Below are positions 1 through 11,600 of a stretch of 64,000 nucleotides of DNA, one piece after another (the stretch's first letter is position 1; every line of letters begins with the position of its first letter). The stretch lies in the IMG/VR virus record IMGVR_UViG_3300032561_000012, positions 20,543-84,542 of that record, one strand, 5' to 3'. The notes beneath the pieces are model-generated. The model made no database searches, was not told the origin of the DNA, and was given only the letters and a program-made list of their open reading frames with translations. The translations under genes and the position numbers were made by a program. The stretch is from a virus.

Positions 1-676
1 CTGAGCCTACATTGTTTAGATCACTACGGAAATAACTAGCCGCTGGATATGCGCCTAGATAGCTAGCATTATTAGCTGTGCCATAGATAGTATAACTACT
101 ATTCATGTTATAGCCAGCTTGGATAACTGTATTAAAACCTGAGATAGGTGTAGCTAACGTAAATGTTGCTGAGCTAATAATTGCAGTGCGAGTACCATCT
201 AAGTAAATTGATACCACATCGTGTGGATTACTACCAGTATCAAGTAATTGTTCCCATACTGCACCACTACCGTTGCGTTGTGGGCCTACTAAGACCCAAC
301 TGGTGCTGCCAAGACAAACATAAAGTTGGTTGTATGTGGTATCTAGATAAAAGCTACCTGCTACTGCTGAAATTGTAGGAACACCGCTTGATGATCCAGT
401 AATTGCTGTGCCTACAGGTACCCATGCATTGGATCCGTTGTAGACATACATTACGTTGCTGGTTGAATTGTACCACAGTTGTCCCACTTGCGGACTTGTT
501 GGACTTGTGCTATTGGAAAAGTTTACCAATAGTGCCAATTGATCAGTGACCATGATCTGGCCATAGTTACTGTAGTTACGTCCCACCAGCGTCAAGCTAG
601 TAGTGGTATTGTCTACGGTACCATCTGCAATAGTGCCTAGCGTTTGTCCATTGGGTAGTGTTATATTGTACGACAT
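1..676 (-). CDS. Baseplate/tail-fibre-like virion protein, 3' part runs off the window (not in ORF track)
   Basis: ATG at 676 after AGGA. Reads MSYNITLPNGQTLGTIADGTVDNTTTSLTLVGRNYSNYGQ...NFSNSTSPTSPQVGQLWYNS, an N-terminus typical of virion proteins in large T4-like phages. Confidence 0.75.
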   Translation of the reverse strand, partial: MSYNITLPNGQTLGTIADGTVDNTTTSLTLVGRNYSNYGQIMVTDQLALLVNFSNSTSPTSPQVGQLWYNSTSNVMYVYNGSNAWVPVGTAITGSSSGVPTISAVAGSFYLDTTYNQLYVCLGSTSWVLVGPQRNGSGAVWEQLLDTGSNPHDVVSIYLDGTRTAIISSATFTLATPISGFNTVIQAGYNMNSSYTIYGTANNASYLGAYPAASYFRSDLNNVGS

Positions 677-689
677 TTTATTATCCTAG

Positions 690-1304
690 TTATGCTGTCA
701 AATTAGTTAGCGTTTGAATTCTCACAGTATAATCGATCTGTATAAGTCTATTCAGTGCCTTCTGCACTGGACTGAAAATCACGTGTGTTAGCAGTGGTAA
801 CCCTGCACCTAATCCACTGGCTCCTGCTACTGAACCAAATAAGCCCAATTCGTCAAATACAAAGTCGCCGTTAAGCGTTTGGCTGTTATCATATACTGCT
901 TGCCCGCTAGGTTCACCGTAGTCTAACAAACAGGTCACTACAATGTCAGTGTAGACTAACCCTGGTGTGTGGTTAATAGTAATATTGTTACGCAATGGGT
1001 CTGTATTGGCCGCATTGGTATTGTCTACAATTTTGTAGTATGTTGGGTTATACAAGTCAGCGTTTTGTACGTTGGTATTTGTAGGCAAGTAAGTAATAAC
1101 ACCTGTAGGGTCAACTGTAGTCCCACCATTACCAAAGTGCATTTCAGTAATAAAATTAGTACCTTTGTTGGCTACGTTTTGTGCTAGAGCAACACTCATG
1201 TTTTCATAATGGATAGCATTACACTTATCAACAAAGACTTCTTTGGTGATAGGATTGTGGATTTTTACAAATCCTTTAATGCTTAAATTAGTTGTTGAGT
1301 GCAT
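690..1304 (-). CDS. Conserved virion structural protein (baseplate/fibre attachment)
   Basis: 204-aa ORF in the baseplate operon with MHFGNGG, FDELGL and LLTHVIFSPVQK motifs. Confidence 0.6.
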   Translation of the reverse strand: MHSTTNLSIKGFVKIHNPITKEVFVDKCNAIHYENMSVALAQNVANKGTNFITEMHFGNGGTTVDPTGVITYLPTNTNVQNADLYNPTYYKIVDNTNAANTDPLRNNITINHTPGLVYTDIVVTCLLDYGEPSGQAVYDNSQTLNGDFVFDELGLFGSVAGASGLGAGLPLLTHVIFSPVQKALNRLIQIDYTVRIQTLTNLTA

Positions 1305-1305
1305 C

Positions 1306-1434
1306 TTATGCTCTTCCCTTTACAAATACCTGTTTAGTCTGTGGATCAAATATTTTAATGTGTGCTTCTACACGAATACCACCGCGCTCGTCTGGAGCTT
1401 TTTTTGGTTGTTCAGTTTGTGTATTAGTGGTCAT
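1306..1434 (-). CDS. Small 42-aa hypothetical protein (not in ORF track)
   Basis: MTTNTQTEQPKKAPDERGGIRVEAHIKIFDPQTKQVFVKGRA*. ATAAATA late promoter lies 5 nt upstream; an alternative ATG is at 1461; the stop abuts the next ATG. Confidence 0.65.
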   Translation of the reverse strand: MTTNTQTEQPKKAPDERGGIRVEAHIKIFDPQTKQVFVKGRA

Positions 1435-1439
1435 ACTCT

Positions 1440-1446
1440 TATTTAT
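1440..1446 (-). promoter_or_regulatory. gp55-type late promoter (ATAAATA)
   Basis: Matches the T4 late consensus TATAAATA, in an intergenic position. Confidence 0.6.
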
Positions 1447-1469
1447 CGCGTTTTTATCCATGATTATTC

Positions 1470-2645
1470 TTACCAAATTGCCAAGTTAGCACGGCGCCAT
1501 GTATTAGTAGCAATACATACATAAACATAGCCGCCATCGTAGGTAATTTGTCCTTTGGTGCCCACTGAGTTATTAGCTGTTGGAACATAAACGTTACTAA
1601 CTGTTAGATTACCACCAATTGTAACTCCTGTGTTGGCAAAAGTAGTGACTACGTTTGCGGCTAGCGTGCCACCTACGTGTACCTTAACTGTGGTACCTAA
1701 GGTATCTGTACCAAGCGTTAAATTGCCAGTGTTTACATACAAGTATCCGTCATCTTTACCACTGATAGTCCATGCGCTAGACACAAAGTTATTACCATTG
1801 ATACCCATGTCAATGTACTTGCTACTGTCTGTACCGTCTGGAGCAGTAGCAATAAAGTCTGCACTGTTGTTAGTGCCCACGCTGTCAATATTTTGGATAT
1901 TTAATTGTACAAAGCTATTAGCAGTGTTAACGGCATTTACTACCACATTACCAAATGCTATTGGGCTTGGGAACCCTACGTTTAACGCACCAAACACTGA
2001 GGTATTACCAGTGATGCTTAATGGGCCAATATTTCCAATGTAAGTTGGTAAGTAAGCGGCTACTTTGGTGTTACTGTAAAATGATTGGCTATTAACATAT
2101 CCTGTCATAGCTGTGTTAGCTGTGTTGGCCGCAGTATTAGCCGCAGTTACCTGTTGATTAATATAACTAACCACGCTGGTATTAGCAATATTGGCCGCTG
2201 TGTTAGCCGCTGTTACTTGACTGTTAACATACCCTGTCATTATAATGTTAGCAGTGTTTGCTGATGTGTTGGCCGCAGTTACTTGACTGCTAACATATCC
2301 TAACATGCCTATATTAGCTGAGGCAATGGCAGTTGCTTGTATGGTGTTGCCTCGATCAACGTAACCCTTCATGCCAACGTTGGCCGCAGTGATAGCAGTA
2401 TTTTCACCGCTGGTTGCGGCATCAACGTAGCCTTTCATTCCAACATTGGCTGCAGTAATTGAAGCGTTTACTGTTGCAATGTTAGCTGTAAGAGCTGTGT
2501 ATAAGTTACTGGTAAAATATGTACGCAGTGTACTTACATTAGCTTGTAACGTAGTCAGTGTGTTGGCAACATAGTCAATTACAGGAATACTTGTGGTATC
2601 TGCAGCTATGGTTAAATTTCCTAATTGGCTAATCTTAATTGTCAT
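1470..2645 (-). CDS. Tail-fibre-like protein with Ala/Asn/Thr coiled-coil repeats
   Basis: Tandem TAAN...GYV repeats and a C-terminal GTKGQITYDGGYVYVCIATNTWRR motif common in phage fibre proteins. Confidence 0.65.
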   Translation of the reverse strand: MTIKISQLGNLTIAADTTSIPVIDYVANTLTTLQANVSTLRTYFTSNLYTALTANIATVNASITAANVGMKGYVDAATSGENTAITAANVGMKGYVDRGNTIQATAIASANIGMLGYVSSQVTAANTSANTANIIMTGYVNSQVTAANTAANIANTSVVSYINQQVTAANTAANTANTAMTGYVNSQSFYSNTKVAAYLPTYIGNIGPLSITGNTSVFGALNVGFPSPIAFGNVVVNAVNTANSFVQLNIQNIDSVGTNNSADFIATAPDGTDSSKYIDMGINGNNFVSSAWTISGKDDGYLYVNTGNLTLGTDTLGTTVKVHVGGTLAANVVTTFANTGVTIGGNLTVSNVYVPTANNSVGTKGQITYDGGYVYVCIATNTWRRANLAIW

Positions 2646-2647
2646 TT

Positions 2648-5600
2648 TTATGTCTCAGTGTAAATTGTTACATTGCCTTCAGTGGCTATCATCATATTTA
2701 TCGCATTTTCAGTTGTTATAGCATTATTCATTCCTGGAATTATATTGCTATAAGTTGCTGGGTATGCCTTCATAACGTTTGCAGCCAATGTATCGCTGCC
2801 ATTCAACCCTGTACCATCTAGGGCTGTACCAGTACCGTTGTTGTAGAATACATTAGCATAGGTAATTAGATTACCGTAAGTGGTATTTGGTATTATTTGA
2901 CTAGCACTAGCATCAAACGCACTAGCACCAGCAAGGTGTGTAGCAGCCGCTGTGCCTTGTGTACCTCTACGTATTTGTCCTAGAGTATTTGTTACTACGT
3001 TAGCAGTCCAGTAAGTAATACGTTCAGCGTCAATGAATATCACACCAGGTTTTAAATTAACTGGGTCTGGCATAGTCAGTGCAGCCGCGTTAGCAACAAA
3101 AATATTGCCGTCTGTTAGGCCTAAACTATGTGTTAGTACAGTTGTGTTGGCGCTGCTGATACGTAGATAACTAGGTTTGTTAATCATGTTATCAAATATT
3201 CTATAGCCTAAAGTAACATTAGCACCATTTACAGTTACATTTGAAGTATAGATACGCATGTCTAATGTGTCAAATGTAATACCTGGCACTAGTTCTTCTG
3301 GAGCATGGCTATAGTATCTGTCAATATATTGTCCGCCACTTAGAACGATCTCTTCTGGTGTATTACCAGCCAGTTCCTCTGTGACATAGTTACTTTGATA
3401 GATTGTATCTAGAACATTAGTTGACAGTAAAGGTATACCGTCTTGGCTGTATTGTACGCTGTCATAACTGCTAAGGTCCCATGTGCGACCAAATCCTGGA
3501 CTTAGATCAAATCCTGCGCCAACCACTGGGCTACTTGGATATGTAATACCAGTTAGCAGTTGATCTAATGCATTGTATGTTGCTGTAATAGTAGTATCTG
3601 TAGCCAAGCTGACGTTGACACTTAGTGAAATTTGTGTTACACTAGTAATAACATTGCTCAAGTTAATTGTAACATTAGAAACTATGTTAGTAATGTATCC
3701 TGCTGTGACATTAGCACCACTGATAGTCATACCTTTTAATAGGTTACTTGCTGGGAACACATAGATAGTATTTGCACTTACCGCTGCATTAGCTACAGTA
3801 ATTGGCACTGTAATTGTGTCAACCACTGGCATTACATTGCTAGGTTCATAGTAACCTACAATACGATCACTGGCATTAGTAAACAGGTTAGCCGCATATA
3901 CTGTATAATCGCCTGAGAAGAATGTTCCAGATGTAATTATATTTGATTTAACCTGATATGCTTGACGTACTAGTACATTACCTTCAGGTTGTGCATAGGT
4001 TACAATTTGTCCTGCAATGTAATTGGTATATGGTTGCCATTGCTGAACTGTACTTGAATATGTAGTACGGTCAAATTTGATTGCTGTGTCAAAAGTTCTA
4101 ACCAATGGGTAAGCATTACCAGTTAGTAACGGTGTGTTGTTAGTGAATGGCAATTTAACCAATTGTGCATAAGCAGTAGCTGACACACTTGAGGTACCGT
4201 TAATAGTAACCACAGGTGTGGTAATATATCCGCTACCTGGGTTAGTAACTGTGATACTAACCACAGTTAAATTAGCATTACCAGTAACCGGTCCGCTCAT
4301 AACTGCGGTAGCAGTTGCTCCTGATCCTTTACCGTCAACACTTGAAATAGTTACCTGAGGAACAAAACTATAGTTTGCTCCTGTTGTTTCTACTATAACT
4401 GCACCGACCTGTAGTGTACGGTTATCGTACCATTGATTATAAGGGAATGTCTGCCAGGTAGCTTCATCTTCGCTGGTGTATGGTACTTCGCCGCTTGGAC
4501 TACGGAATATGCCGTAGCCTGTGCTGGTGTCATAGTATGCTGGCAAATCAAAGTCAGTAACACTACCACTATAAGTATCGTTGCCGGTGTAGTCAATTAA
4601 GTATTCACGTACTTTAGTTCTATATGGTTTTACTTCGTTAATATAGTCTTGATAGTAGGTTTGATTATCAACAATATAACTTGGGAATTGGCTTAGTGTA
4701 CGCAATTTGTGTGTTACACTGATAAAACTTGATTTAAATAGCCAATCAACATAGTTTTGTTCTGTTAGCAAGTAGTTTACTAAGATAAAGAACAAGTTAT
4801 TAAATTCACCTTGTAATTGGTCAATAAAGATATCATTGTTCAGCGCCTGTACAATAGCACGAATTTCATTGTTAGGGTCTTGGTCAAATCTGCTACTGTC
4901 AAAGTCTTGATTACCAAAACCTAAGGCATTATTAACAAAGTCACCAAGGCTGGTATTTAATTGTATAGTACCGTTTTGAATACCAACTACTTGGAATGTG
5001 CCATCAGTATTAACAACAAACAATCTCCAAGTACCATTACCAGTGGCATCACTTACATAGATGATTTCACCAGCCGCTGGTTTCAATGCCAAAGCATCAT
5101 TGGTTGTCATTACAGAAAAATTAGGTTTAGTTGCTGCACTATATCCTGTAGCATACCAATCAGTGTAGGTCCAATACAAGCTAGTCTTGTAGGCCTGTAC
5201 TTGTTCAATCTGCCAAAGTTTATCGGCAGTTAATACATACAACACCCAAAGACCGTTTTGTGTACTGTCGCTGGTCACTAATACCAGATAGCCCGGTGCT
5301 AATGACATAGTATCAATATAATTTAATTCTTCAACTGTTGATACACTTTGATCGTATGCACCCAATTTGTAATCAGGTTGCGGATCTTCTGCATACATGC
5401 CTGCTAGACTGTATTGTTCAACAATAGGATTAGCAATTAAAATACTATTTGCATACTGTACCATTTCTACCACAGCGGTTAGTCTGCCTTTGAACATACT
5501 TTGTCTTGGGCGTATGTCAATACCATAACGATCAGCGTCGCTGAGTGTTGGATCAGGTACTGTTTGACCAATGCTGTCTAATCCAGCCAAACTGTCAACT

Positions 5601-8600
5601 AGTTTATTGACAATTTTTACAGGTATTGGGTCACTAGGATTACCTTTTTGTACTAGTTCGTATTCGCTGTGTATCATATCACTGTTGATCAACAGTTGAT
5701 AGTCTAAGTGCATGATGGTATTGTCAGCTGACAAGTACGATCCTACATTGTAGAATGCAATGGCCTGCGGACTGATTACCGCTGCATAAGCTAGGCCTTG
5801 ATTCTTAGGATTCTGTATATAGTCTGCTATCACACTAGTAGGCAAATGTCTAGTAGGATTATTAGGATCTACAGTAGTTTTGCCTGTGACCCAATAATAG
5901 TAGTTAGTAGTGATAATATTTGTAGTTGGATCTACATAGGTAATCTCTACATAAGCACTGTTATCAGCATATTTAGGTTGACCGTCGCCACCGTTAGCCA
6001 CGTACTGACTTGGTAGGTAGATACTCTTTACCCACTCACAAACTTCAATAACAGCACCTGGGAATAAATTACCCCAATTGATACTACGATATGTTATTTT
6101 ATCATTGAGGTTAGTATCTTGTTCATAGTCTATGTAGCGAACTTGACTTAGGTTCCACCAAACTCGCCCAACTTGTAGATCACCCCAGTAGACATTTGAA
6201 TTGATGTCTGCATTGGCATTAGTACCTACATTGTATTGTGCAGGATCATATTCTGTCTTGTAACTGATTTCTTGCTCAGCTTCGCCTAGTATACGACCTT
6301 TAGCTGGATCAATGAATTGTAGATCATCAATAATTGTATTGGTTAGATTATTGTATAGATATGCTCTGGTTAAACTGTCTGGATCAACTTTAGCCTGTTG
6401 ATATCTAATCAATCCCCAACCGCGAGCCAGCGTTGGGTTTTCAAATATGTACACAGCGCCTGTGCCGCTAGGTTCACCATTGACTGTAGCACCTGGTGCC
6501 GAAACAACAACAAAGGTTTCTTTAACATCAAGAGAGTAACCAAACTCTGCACCTGATGCTAATAGTCCTGGATCTAGGTTTTGACAGTATTGATATCTAC
6601 CTGGAGTATATACGTCATCGCGCGGATCATCGTACAGTTCATAAATGTAAGTACTACCACTGCCAGGAATACTGTCAAACCATTTGGTTGTGGTACGATC
6701 AAATGTAGTACTGTTAGTAGTAGTAGCAACATCAAATGTAGTGTATCTATGTGTAGTACCACGTGCCGCACCAATAACCAACATGTAGGCATTTTGTGCA
6801 ATCTTAACTTGGCTACCAAAGTATTCGCCAGGTTGACCAAATGGATTAACAATAATCTGCATGAATGCGAATAGTCTAAGGTCAGCATCAGCATATACAC
6901 CTGGACTACCAGGAGTACGTATACCTGACAGAATACGCAGTTGGTCTTTAGCTACAGTAACATCTGAGTTTAAGCGCAATAGACCATTTTGATTGACCGC
7001 ACTAACACCTAAGATTTGTGCATCGTTAACATCTTTAACAATACTGTCTAAGCTGGCCATTGGGTAAGCTGTGGTTGTAATTGATGTGTTAGCCCAGATG
7101 TGGCTGTTATTATTCCATACTGGATTTACAATAGCAACAACATTAGCACCTGTTGAACTTTGGCCATAGTTGAATAAGATATTACCAGTGTAGTTTGTAA
7201 CTGTGACAAATTGACTATTGGTTACGTTGGCCAATACTACTACATTAGCATAAACTCCACTGCCTTGATTTTGACTGATGGTCTGACCAGCCACGGCTGT
7301 GATATTACTGCTGAGTGCTAGTATATTAGCCGCCTGTCCGTTATAGGTCGTTGGCATCATACGTGCTGATACAATAACTTCAAAGTTTTGTAAACGTATA
7401 CTATCGCCAGGTGTGAATACTGGATTTACAGCATAGCCAGTGTTGGTACCGTATAAGCGACCTCTGTTATGGAATTTCCAAATAGCACCACTGTTGTATT
7501 CTGTACCATTGGCATAGTAAGGGGCACCTGTATAGATTGCACAGTTAATACCGCAAACTGTTAGACTGGTACCAAATGCTGCACCTGCTTGTAAGGCTGT
7601 TAGAGTATTTTCTAAGCTGTCAACTCCAATTAATCTTTCTAATAGATTAAAGTCATTGACTTCAATGTATAACACATGACCTACTTCTGGTGGGTCAATA
7701 AATTCAATAGTATAAGTACCTGTTACTGTGTAGTTAGTAACTTCATTACCGTCAATAGTTACTTTATAAACTGGACCAATTGGATTTCTAGTTGTGTAGA
7801 TTAATCCACCTGTGGTTTTAAATGCTTCTATCACACGATCGTAGATGTAAATACAACCTGCACCTACTAGTAGATTGCCACCTTCGCCTGCTACAGTATC
7901 ACCAGGTGCACCAATAGCAATCTGTGCGCCATCAAAGCTAGCTGACAGTGAGTGACCAAAATTAGCAAAGGTATTTGCTGGATTTGGATTTTGAATATTC
8001 TTAACTAGTTTATAGTAAGGTTGTTGCACAATACTGATGTCACTTTGTACTACATTTGCAGTAAAGTAAACTGTACTACCACTTAAGGTATAGTCTTGGT
8101 TAGGAATATATGTTTTGTTACTGCTGGTAATTAATAGCGATGTAGCATCGTTAGCGGCATACGGAGTAAATGTCAACGGAATACTATTAGTAACACTGGC
8201 ATTTACAACATTAGTTACATAAACTCCTGCATCAACACTTTGAATGCTGATATTGCCAGCTACATAGGTGTTGCCAATTAAGACATTAGAGCCTATGGCA
8301 AAATTGCTAACTAAATTTGTCAATACAACTACACTAGAATTACTTACTGTTGCAGCCAATGAGCCTTGTGCGCCTGACACTGATTGGTTAATCAATTGAG
8401 TAGCTGTTGCTGAAATATTACCGCTGAGAGTTAGGGTAACTTGATCTTTAACTGACACTGTTTGTTGTTGGAATGGAACAAAACGACTTAGGCCGTAGGC
8501 ATAAACATTGTTGTTACCTGCCGCTCCCACGTATAACCATTCACCGTCTTGATTAAACTGTATGCTAGACCCAAACAAATCACCTACATTGCCACCTACT

Positions 8601-11600
8601 ATGATTTGCTTACGATCAAATGTACTTGAACTTACAGTCTTGCTGTAGATGTACACATATCCTGTATTGCCTGAAGTACCGCTGTTAGGTGCCCCCACAG
8701 CCAATACATCACTGTTATTAGCATCAACAGATAAGTCTACAGCCTGACCAAATGCGCTGGTGTTTGTACCAAGTGGTTGTACAGTTACACCTTCAGCAAA
8801 CGTGCCTGCGTAATTTTTTAAGAATGTGTTAACAGATCCCACGCCGTTTAAAGCAGTTGGCGATCCCACAGCTACCACAAGGTTGTCTGCGCTCATAGCT
8901 ACGCTAGTGCCAAAACCGTCGCCTTGGGTGTATTCATTAACACCTTTAGTCACCTGTTGTGTGAAATTCCAAGGATGTGCTTTTTCATAGACATTCCAAA
9001 GATGTTCAACTGTAGCCACAGGACTTCCCATGGCCAATGTTGTAGCGGCATTATCATCAATCCAGATCTTTTCTCCTACTTGCCATCCGTGTGGCGGATT
9101 ACCTGCATAACCATATAGACGTGCATCTTCCATGTATTGGAAACGCATACTGTCTAATCTATATAAGATACCAGACCCTGTTTGTGTAGTCAGTGATGAG
9201 ACGTTTGAAGGACTACCAAGATATTTTACCATGATGTTGTTGAGATCAACAACTTTGTACACTTGATAGAAACCATCAAATGCTGTGCTAAAATTCTTAA
9301 TTAAAAACACACTGCCTTCAGTAGTGGCTGTACCTGCTACAAAATTATGCGGTGCTTGTGTGGTAAAGGTAATATAATTGTTTAGACTATTAGCTACCTG
9401 AGTTACCAAATTGTTTGTTTCAGTTACACGATAGACATTCCAATCACGTTTAAAGTCTTTGGCTACCCAAATACGATATCCACTGCCCATGCTGGCAATA
9501 TTATTGTCTAGGTCAACGTAATTAGCAAGATCAAATATAGTTAGATCAACGTCTTGTGAGTTAACATATCCTGCTGTAGGAATATCGTTGTCATAGTTAC
9601 TGTGACTGGTTCTAATTAAAGCAATGTTGCCATTATAGGTACCGTATGATCCATATAGTTGACTTTGATTGAATACAGCAACACCATCACCTAGATTATT
9701 ATTTTCTGCTGTGACAAACTGCGCTACACTTGGGTTTACACCAAATGCTTTTTCATTCAATGGAATTTCAATATAAGGATTGCTGTCTAGTGCTCCGTAA
9801 GCACCCACACGTATAGCCCACTCTTCATAGAATTTAATGTCACTGGTCAAGTTATTAAATGTAGCACGCAACATTTGATTAACAGCATTTGCTGAACCTT
9901 TTTGTGCAATATACCCTTTGTAGAATTCTATTTGTGTGGTTTTAGTTAGGCCCAGGTCACTAAGATATTGACGAGGCTTGTAGCCAATTAATGTATGGCT
10001 GTAAGTTAAATTGTCTTTGTCTTTGATCTCACCGTAGCTGTCATAGTATGACTGTGCTTCTACAGCCAATGTTGAGAAGTTAGGTAATAGGCCTTTTTGT
10101 ATTTGATTGCTGGTCAACTGACTCCAATATTGGAATTGGAAAGTTGGGCTAGCAATGATATCTTGCAAGGCTGTATAGTATTGACTCTTGTATTCAACGA
10201 TATCACCTTGAAGGTAATCTTGTCCTTGATTCCAACTGTCGACTACACCTGAACTATAGATAAATCCAGGAGCATATAAACTACCGTCCCACGCAGCAGT
10301 TTTCTGACCAATTAGTTTTAGACGGTATTGACGATTACCTGTTTCTGGTTGATATATCACATCATCAAACACTGTGGTGTTGTCAAATATCAAAATATGT
10401 TCGTACTGTACTAGGTCAACTTCAACATATCCAATAACACTTGCTGGATCAGTCAGTGATAATTTAAATGTTGTAGGAGTACGTAAGACCGAGTAGTTGT
10501 TATTTCTAACTAGGTTAAAGTTTTGATCAATAACTTTACTACCGTACTGACTATCAGTAATACCAGCAGTAATACTGTTGACACTGATAGCAGTTAAAGT
10601 ATCTGCCACAGGACTTAAGACTAAGATACTACCTGGTTTCCAGCCCTGTTGTGCCCAGTATAAGAATTCTTTAACTGATAAGTTCCAGTCACGTATTTCA
10701 CCTAAGTTAGGATCTACAAGTCCAAATGTAAAGCCCTGTGCTACCAAATAACGTTGGTAGCTGATTAAGAAGTCAGCTATCTGTTGTTGTGTGCTAAATT
10801 CAAAACCGTATGGAACTTTTAGTTTTAAGTTTTGATAGTTATTGAATAGTGTAGCTGTGCTGTTCAACACTGTGGTCTTATTAGCATTACTATTAACCAC
10901 ACTAGGGATAATTGTAAAGTAACTGTTTTGTAAATCATAGCCACGAACACTGTAACCATTTGTGGTCTTTTCTACAATAACTGCACTGTAGATTAATTTA
11001 CCTACAGGTACTGGGCCTTCTACAGTCCATACTTTGTAGTTTTCGTTAGGTATGACAATACTGTTATTAGTACTGGTTGGACTGACCTGTTCTGCTAATA
11101 CCTCAAGATATTTTTGATCAGTGAAGCCTGCAGCCGCATAGGCTAGGTTAACAGTAAATGATTTAATAAATGGGCTGATGTATGATTCAGGATTGATACC
11201 TTGATTACGTAGGTATTCTGCTATCCAGTTAATGTATCCTGCACCACGATACACTGTGCCTGAGCTAGTATCACCATTGAAGTCAACTTGATCTTGTGTT
11301 ATGTGATGATTAGTGTTACGTGTTAAATACTGCTCTGACCCTATCACTAATCCACTGCTAGTATCTTGAAGAGTGTTTAATTGATTAAATTGAGAATAAT
11401 TGTAAGTATCAATCAACAACCCAAAATATTTACCTGGTTTAGCCAGTGCAATAGCCTGTTGAACTGCGTATGGGAATTCGCTACTTGAGCGCCAAGCATA
11501 CTCTACTGGACCATATTGGCCCACTGCCCAACTCTGTGCCATTTTTCTGCTGTTGATTGATTTGGCCATTATCTGTGCTGGACTTAGCAAGTTACCGTTT

